Positions 15,332 to 20,000 of a stretch of 20,000 nt of DNA are shown here, in pieces. The notes under the pieces were generated by a model, which was not told the origin of the DNA, did not search any database, and was given only the letters and a program-made list of their open reading frames with translations. Origin of the DNA: an uncultured virus (IMG/VR IMGVR_UViG_3300044624_001347) (lineage: Duplodnaviria > Heunggongvirae > Uroviricota > Caudoviricetes); the IMG/VR virus record IMGVR_UViG_3300044624_001347; one strand, written 5' to 3'. Positions within the stretch are counted from its first letter, which is position 1, and the number at the start of each line of letters is the position of its first letter. Made by a program: the position numbers and the translations under genes.

Positions 15332-15811
15332 GCATAGCTAGTAGCCTAAGCTACCAGCCTATGACTGTGTGCCTGTACCTACCTGTTCTGCTGGGTTGAG
15401 GTAGCTTGAGGACAAAGTTCCCCCTTTGCGGGGGGAAACCTGTTCCGCCGGTTCCATCTATCGGTGAGCCGTCGTCAATCTGCATCGTGCCTTTATCAGC
15501 CGGGGACATCCTGTGAGGGCGGCATCAGCACGGAGTTCTGCCTTGCGGCAATGTCGGTCAACGCGAGGCCATGCAGACAACCATCGCGCTTCGTTCGGGA
15601 CTTTCACCCGCCTTTCCACCGGACATACTTCCGGCTTCATTGTAGTGCGCCATGCCCTTGGCTATCGCGTTGCCTGCCCGGTCCCTATGGCCGACAGGTC
15701 GCCCCACACAGGGTGGGTGGCTATGAAAGCCCTTGACGCAGCCGGGTATGGTGGGGGATAGACGCACATGGCGTTTGTCGCCCACCCTGGTTCCGTCAGG
15801 GTGCATTTGAG

Positions 15812-15844
15812 AGGGCTGCCCGGCAAGGCAGCCCTTTCGCTTTT
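15812..15844 (+). terminator. Terminator-like hairpin
   Basis: AGGGCTGCC-cggcaa-GGCAGCCCT followed by TTCGCTTTT. Confidence 0.5.
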
Positions 15845-15893
15845 CGGTATATCCAGATCGCCCGACCGGACGCAAGGGCTTTTCCTGGGCGCG

Positions 15894-16253
15894 CTATCCC
15901 AGGGCAAAAAGCACAAAGGCGATGGCGCACAGGCCAATGGTCCAGCACACAGTGACGTGATCCACGGTGAAGATGGATCGGTGTTTGTAAAGCTGGCGGT
16001 TGGTGATGGCCCTGCCGTCGAGGAAGTCGAGGCTGATGAGCCTGTCTTTTTTGCGCGTCCAAATGCCGCTGCTGCCTTCGATGTACTGAAAGTTATTTTC
16101 GTGCAGCCAGACAGCCGCCTGCCTGGGAGTGTTGAAGGCCGCGACCGGGTTCCCCTGGAGGTCATCGACCTCAATGAACAGGTCGTTGTGCGGCACGTTC
16201 TGCGTCAGCCGGTGTCTGATTTGCACCTCAACCGCGTCGGTTCCGATCATCAT
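15894..16253 (-). CDS. Hypothetical protein with hydrophobic C-terminus
   Basis: From MMIGTD; RBS GGGAGAG. Confidence 0.6.
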   Translation of the reverse strand: MMIGTDAVEVQIRHRLTQNVPHNDLFIEVDDLQGNPVAAFNTPRQAAVWLHENNFQYIEGSSGIWTRKKDRLISLDFLDGRAITNRQLYKHRSIFTVDHVTVCWTIGLCAIAFVLFALG

Positions 16254-16255
16254 CT

Positions 16256-16450
16256 TCAGTCTCTCCCTAGCGTTGGGTTTGGTTGGATTCGGACGGCCTT
16301 GTTTTCCCAAGACCAGCATTCGCCCGTGTCATCTTGGAAGCACACCCAAACGAGGTGATGCTCCTGGCTGTAGTCGATGAGGACGTGCGCCCATGCCTTC
16401 CCCTTCGGCGTGATGACGGGGATCGGTGGGTCCAGGCGCAACATGCTCAT
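16256..16450 (-). CDS. Conserved phage hypothetical protein
   Basis: 'LDPPIPVITPKGKAWAHVLIDYSQEHHLVWVCFQDDTGECWSWEN'; RBS AAGGA-like, coupled. Confidence 0.7.
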   Translation of the reverse strand: MSMLRLDPPIPVITPKGKAWAHVLIDYSQEHHLVWVCFQDDTGECWSWENKAVRIQPNPTLGRD

Positions 16451-16635
16451 GATTCTTTGTCCGCATAGGGATTGCGGACGGCCCGGATCAGCGCCTCTGC
16501 CAGTTGCAGGGCCAGCGCCGGGGTCAGTGCGGCGTGCCTGTCATCTGCGAACTCATGCCCGTGCATGGCCACGATAATCTCGCCATCCCGGATGTAGGCG
16601 AATACCTCTTTCATCGGGGGCAGAAGGGCGCTCAT
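16447..16635 (-). CDS. Hypothetical protein, paralog of 16632-16808
   Basis: Shared VFAY...G.I.V...H.AL.P..AL.L.E.L..A.R pattern. Confidence 0.65.
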   Translation of the reverse strand: MSALLPPMKEVFAYIRDGEIIVAMHGHEFADDRHAALTPALALQLAEALIRAVRNPYADKES

Positions 16636-16808
16636 CGCTTTGCGTCCGTGATGTTGTCTCGGAGGGCTTTGCTCAGAGTTTCGATCAGTTTCAGGGCCAT
16701 CTCGGGATAGAGCGCGACGTGCAACTCATCCCTGACATCTACCGTCTGCAATGAGACCAAGATTTTTCCTCGGTCGGAGTAAGCAAAAACGTCTACGATT
16801 CCGCTCAT
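16632..16808 (-). CDS. Hypothetical protein, paralog of 16447-16635
   Basis: From MSGIVD; ATGA coupling. Confidence 0.65.
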   Translation of the reverse strand: MSGIVDVFAYSDRGKILVSLQTVDVRDELHVALYPEMALKLIETLSKALRDNITDAKR

Positions 16809-17044
16809 TGGTCGTCTCCCTTGAGTGCATCTTCGGCTCGGTTGCTCATCCAGGCGCACACGCCACACCCGTCATCAATATCGAACACCATAGACGGAGG
16901 GTCTTCGATCTCTTGCAGGGCCTTCTTCATCCGGTCGCGCTCGGCCCGAAGGGCACGCAGTATGGCGGCTGTTGTCTCGGGCCATTCGCCATGAAGCGCG
17001 TTCTGAATAGCGCGCTCAATGGCCTCGTTGCTGGTGTCGGTCAT
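16805..17044 (-). CDS. Hypothetical coiled-coil protein
   Basis: From MTDTSN; RBS AAGGAG. Confidence 0.65.
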   Translation of the reverse strand: MTDTSNEAIERAIQNALHGEWPETTAAILRALRAERDRMKKALQEIEDPPSMVFDIDDGCGVCAWMSNRAEDALKGDDQ

Positions 17045-17337
17045 TGGTCGTTCTCCTTGAGTTTGGCGCGAGCCTCGTAGTCTCGCCGCCACTTCACTAG
17101 CAGGCTGCTATCAGGAACATCATCGTCGTCCACATCGCCGGGTCGGCCATACTCCCAGCCCCAATACGAACGACACGCAGTGTCTGCGATCAGCAGGGCA
17201 TTCCTCAGCCGGTCACGTTCTTCCATGACAAGGCCAAGCTGATCCGACGCATCGCGGCAGACCTCAGCCAGAAGAAGATGCCCCTTTCGCTGGGCCTTCT
17301 CGGCTTCGTCTAGCAAGCGGTCGATGATGTTGGTCAT
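17041..17337 (-). CDS. Hypothetical coiled-coil protein
   Basis: MTNIIDRLLDEAE...ERDRLR; RBS GGAGAG. Confidence 0.65.
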   Translation of the reverse strand: MTNIIDRLLDEAEKAQRKGHLLLAEVCRDASDQLGLVMEERDRLRNALLIADTACRSYWGWEYGRPGDVDDDDVPDSSLLVKWRRDYEARAKLKENDQ

Positions 17338-17663
17338 TCGCCGCTCTCCATGAGAGCGGCGCGTGCGCGCTCCATCGTTTCGGCCAATTCGCGCATTGCG
17401 TTTTTAAACCCGGAAGGTGTGTCGGTGGGTCGGTATTTGTATGCGTGCGTTGCGCTGGCGTGCAGATCACGCAGCGCGCCCTTCATTCGGTCGCGCTCGA
17501 TTTCAAGCGTGCATATCCTGTTGCCCATCTGCTCACACGCGGCTGTCTTTTTGACGTTCTCGTTGCGCCACATATCGCGCTCGTTTTCGACGCGCGTAAG
17601 ACGGACGGCCTGTTTCGCCAAGACTTCCAAGAGTTCAGCCCTGGTCGCGTTGTCTTCGTTCAT
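17334..17663 (-). CDS. Hypothetical coiled-coil protein
   Basis: From MNEDNA; RBS AAGGAG. Confidence 0.65.
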   Translation of the reverse strand: MNEDNATRAELLEVLAKQAVRLTRVENERDMWRNENVKKTAACEQMGNRICTLEIERDRMKGALRDLHASATHAYKYRPTDTPSGFKNAMRELAETMERARAALMESGE

Positions 17664-17881
17664 TGATCGTTCTCCTTGAGTGCGGCACGGGCGATATCCC
17701 GTTGCGTCTCGGCCATGTCTTTGTAGTTGAGGCACATGCTCATGGTGATGCCGCCGATCTTCTTCAGCGCATCCGTCATTCTGTCGATCTGAGCCACCAG
17801 CTTATGCACGTCGGCGTCTGCAATGGTGCGGCCTTCAGCCAACCTCCATCGCACCAGAGTAAGGGTGTCCATCTCAGTCAT
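17660..17881 (-). CDS. Hypothetical protein
   Basis: From MTEMDT; RBS AAGGAG. Confidence 0.65.
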   Translation of the reverse strand: MTEMDTLTLVRWRLAEGRTIADADVHKLVAQIDRMTDALKKIGGITMSMCLNYKDMAETQRDIARAALKENDQ

Positions 17882-18428
17882 GTTCGTTCTCCTTGAGTGC
17901 ATCCTTGGCCACGTTGATGCAGCCAGCATGTCCGATCCGGCTGAGGTTCAGGCTTTCCCCATTCACTCCACTGCTGGCGATCTGCAAGAGCGCGCCCTTT
18001 AGGCGTTCGTTATCTTCCAACTGTGAGGCACAGGCATCGTGATACTCATGCCAAAGGGCATCCAGAAGCTTGACGCTCTCCAGCAGTCGGTCGCGTTCCG
18101 CCTCTGTCTTTTCAAGACTCTCGTGCAGGGCGAACAGCTTCTCATTCAGGGTTATGTTGGCGCGCTCGAACTGCTTGCACCACTCGTCTATCCCTGCCGC
18201 CGTCTTGAGTTGGTCGCGCTCGGCCTCAGCGCGCTCGGCCCGTTCGGCGTCGCGTTCGCATTGGGCGTCGGCGTTCGCGGCCTGGGCGCGTGCCGCGTCT
18301 CTCTCTTCCCTGAGCCGCACGATCTCGTCCGCTGCCATCAGCGCCACCGGGCTAACCATGATGCCGTTAATTTCCATCGGTGCGCTGAACACATCGAAGG
18401 ATCGCAGTCGCTTCACGATATCAGTCAC
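17874..18428 (-). CDS. Hypothetical coiled-coil protein, 'TDIV.RLR' family
   Basis: GTG start; 'AADEIVRLREERD'. Confidence 0.7.
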   Translation of the reverse strand: MTDIVKRLRSFDVFSAPMEINGIMVSPVALMAADEIVRLREERDAARAQAANADAQCERDAERAERAEAERDQLKTAAGIDEWCKQFERANITLNEKLFALHESLEKTEAERDRLLESVKLLDALWHEYHDACASQLEDNERLKGALLQIASSGVNGESLNLSRIGHAGCINVAKDALKENEHD

Positions 18429-18669
18429 GGTCTGATTCCTTGAGCGCGATGCGCGCGATGTTCTGCAACTCTCCGGAAAAGCTGGCCCACTTCATTGCGT
18501 ATATGTGCATCGGCCAGTTCGGCCCTTCTCCTTCCTCGTCTAGTGGTATTTGGACGCCACCTTCAGCGATCTCCCGGAGTGCATTCCTCAGCCGCTCTAT
18601 CTCGTCGGCAGCTTCTTCATGGAGAAAGTCTGCGTTGGTCAGCCGCAGTCGGTCCACGATATCAGTCAC
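18421..18669 (-). CDS. Hypothetical protein, 'TDIV.RLR' family
   Basis: GTG start; 'EAADEIERLRNAL'. Confidence 0.7.
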   Translation of the reverse strand: MTDIVDRLRLTNADFLHEEAADEIERLRNALREIAEGGVQIPLDEEGEGPNWPMHIYAMKWASFSGELQNIARIALKESDRD

Positions 18670-18890
18670 TGCTTGTCTCCCCGAGTGCGATACGAAGCTC
18701 TTGAGCGGCGTACTTCAGCGCCTTTGGTCCTCCGTCCTCAATCTCGGACAGTGCATGGCGGATGCCGTTCCGTAGCCGCTCGATCTCGTCGGCAGCTTCG
18801 GCAGCATCCTGCCGAGTCCATCCGTCGCTTCTCCACGCATGAACACGCAACCGCTCCACGATATCAGTCACTGCCTGTCTCCCCGAGTGC
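18653..18890. repeat. 36-bp direct repeat at consecutive gene junctions
   Basis: TCCACGATATCAGTCACTGC(T/C)TGTCTCCCCGAGTGC at 18653-18688 and 18855-18890 (35/36 identical). A 15-bp core recurs at 18414-18428. Confidence 0.85.
18662..18871 (-). CDS. Hypothetical protein, 'TDIV.RLR' family
   Basis: GTG start; 'EAADEIERLRNGI'. Confidence 0.7.
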   Translation of the reverse strand: MTDIVERLRVHAWRSDGWTRQDAAEAADEIERLRNGIRHALSEIEDGGPKALKYAAQELRIALGETSSD

Positions 18891-19184
18891 AGTGCGGGCG
18901 ACGGAAAAGGCATCGTGAAGTTGCTCGCCGTGCGAGTTCATCACGCCATCCAGCGCATCCCTTAGCTTGTCGCGCTCGGTCTTGATTGCAGCAACCTCAC
19001 TCGGGCTGTGGCAGGGACCAAGGTAGCCAGCCGCACGAACCTTTGCGCGCTCGGGCAGTCCGACATATCGCCAACCCTGCAAGTCTGCGATCCAGTAATC
19101 CGGTTCTGGACCCCTTTCATCGGCCAGCCAGTGCCATCCACTCTGCTTGCGGTTCTTAGGGTATCCATCCCATGCGCCGGTCAT
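18864..19184 (-). CDS. Hypothetical phage protein (Trp-rich N-terminus)
   Basis: 'WDGYPKNRKQSGWHWL...YLGPCHSPSEVA'. Confidence 0.65.
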   Translation of the reverse strand: MTGAWDGYPKNRKQSGWHWLADERGPEPDYWIADLQGWRYVGLPERAKVRAAGYLGPCHSPSEVAAIKTERDKLRDALDGVMNSHGEQLHDAFSVARTALGETGSD

Positions 19185-19267
19185 TGCACTGCCCCTGCGA
19201 TGACGTATCCGACCATCACGGCCAGCATGGCGATGGCAACCACGAGGATGGTTTGCTTCTCACTCAT
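19181..19267 (-). CDS. 28-aa membrane peptide (absent from the ORF track)
   Basis: MSEKQTILVVAIAMLAVMVGYVIAGAVQ; fills the gap exactly, with ATGA overlaps at both ends. Confidence 0.6.
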   Translation of the reverse strand: MSEKQTILVVAIAMLAVMVGYVIAGAVQ

Positions 19268-19560
19268 TGCATGCTGCCCCTGGCCTTGGCTTCCTCAGCC
19301 TCAGCCATTGCGTCACCCTGCTGCTCTTCCATCAGGTCTTGATGCATCACCCGGATGCCATTGATCGCTGTCTCAATCGCGTCCTCTTCCTGACCCGGCT
19401 TGGAATGCTTGAAGCTCAGTTCAGTCAGGGTCAGGGCGACCGCAGCAATAAGGACACGGGGGTTGGCGTTGTTCTTGATCGCCATGAACTCGGCAAAGTC
19501 CCCGAAGGCCCCCGACATATGTCGGACAAGGCCAATGGTGCGCTCGTCTAATTCTTCCAT
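19264..19560 (-). CDS. Hypothetical protein, paralog of 19572-19880
   Basis: From MEELDE; RBS AAGGGG. Confidence 0.7.
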   Translation of the reverse strand: MEELDERTIGLVRHMSGAFGDFAEFMAIKNNANPRVLIAAVALTLTELSFKHSKPGQEEDAIETAINGIRVMHQDLMEEQQGDAMAEAEEAKARGSMQ

Positions 19561-19571
19561 GTTAATCCCCT

Positions 19572-19880
19572 TCACTGGATCGTGCCCCGTTCGCGGGCCT
19601 CGTTTGCCTCGGCAATGTCCCGCTCTTTTTTCGCCTCCATCAAGTCGGCGTGCATGGCTCGGATGCCGTCAATCATCTGCTCAAGGGACCACTCCTCGTG
19701 GCCGGGCTTGGTGTGATCGAAGTTCAGTTCGGTGGCTGCCACAACAACCGCAGCCAGCATCCGGGACGGCTTGGCGCCATTGAGAACGGCGAGACCAAGA
19801 ACCGCAGCCTTGATGTGTTCGCTCATCTCGATGATCTGGGCCATTTCGCCATCGCTAATCATCTCTTTTTCGTCGGACAT
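19572..19880 (-). CDS. Hypothetical protein, paralog of 19264-19560
   Basis: RBS AGGAGAG; shared TEL.F.H.KPG.EE...I.GIR.MH.DLME. Confidence 0.7.
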   Translation of the reverse strand: MSDEKEMISDGEMAQIIEMSEHIKAAVLGLAVLNGAKPSRMLAAVVVAATELNFDHTKPGHEEWSLEQMIDGIRAMHADLMEAKKERDIAEANEARERGTIQ

Positions 19881-20000
19881 TTGGTATCTCTCCTGTCTTT
19901 TATGGTGTGAAGATTAGCACGAATGCCAGCACCATTGCCAGCACGAAGCACACATTCGTAAGGCGTTCGGCGCGCATCAGTATTCGTCCGGGGTCAGGAT

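Noticed and set aside
15458..16174. Short ORFs across the 15.2-15.9 kb gap
   Set aside because: No RBS, coupling or protein-like composition, and they overlap hairpins.
19911..19948. TGCCAGCAC direct repeat and possible promoter upstream of 19880
   Set aside because: Only two short copies near the window edge, and no convincing -35.

Overview
Fragment of a GC-rich tailed-phage (Caudoviricetes-like) genome. It holds the 3' end of a large virion-type LPD38-like protein on the + strand, then a long, tightly coupled minus-strand early/replication region: DUF6378-like, HNH-like/DUF968, SSB-like, ERF recombinase, MazG-like NTP pyrophosphohydrolase, PD-(D/E)XK exonuclease, primase-helicase and about 30 small hypothetical genes, plus a divergent RusA-like resolvase. 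The stand-out feature is a ~1 kb non-coding dual-repeat array at 3095-4114. It has 57 ten-nt repeats of two alternating types separated by 56 unique ~8-nt spacers, giving 28 units of 36 nt. It lies directly downstream of a 273-aa IS110/Nop-like protein with no nuclease domain (4127-4948). This architecture matches a TIGR-Tas RNA-guided system of the TasA type. Other notable items are an Acb2/Tad1-like anti-defence sponge candidate, a candidate ~165-nt structured RNA with its own promoter and terminator, a recurring GCAACATA motif, and a run of small genes joined by repeated junction sequences. All family calls come from motif recognition by eye; no database searches were run.
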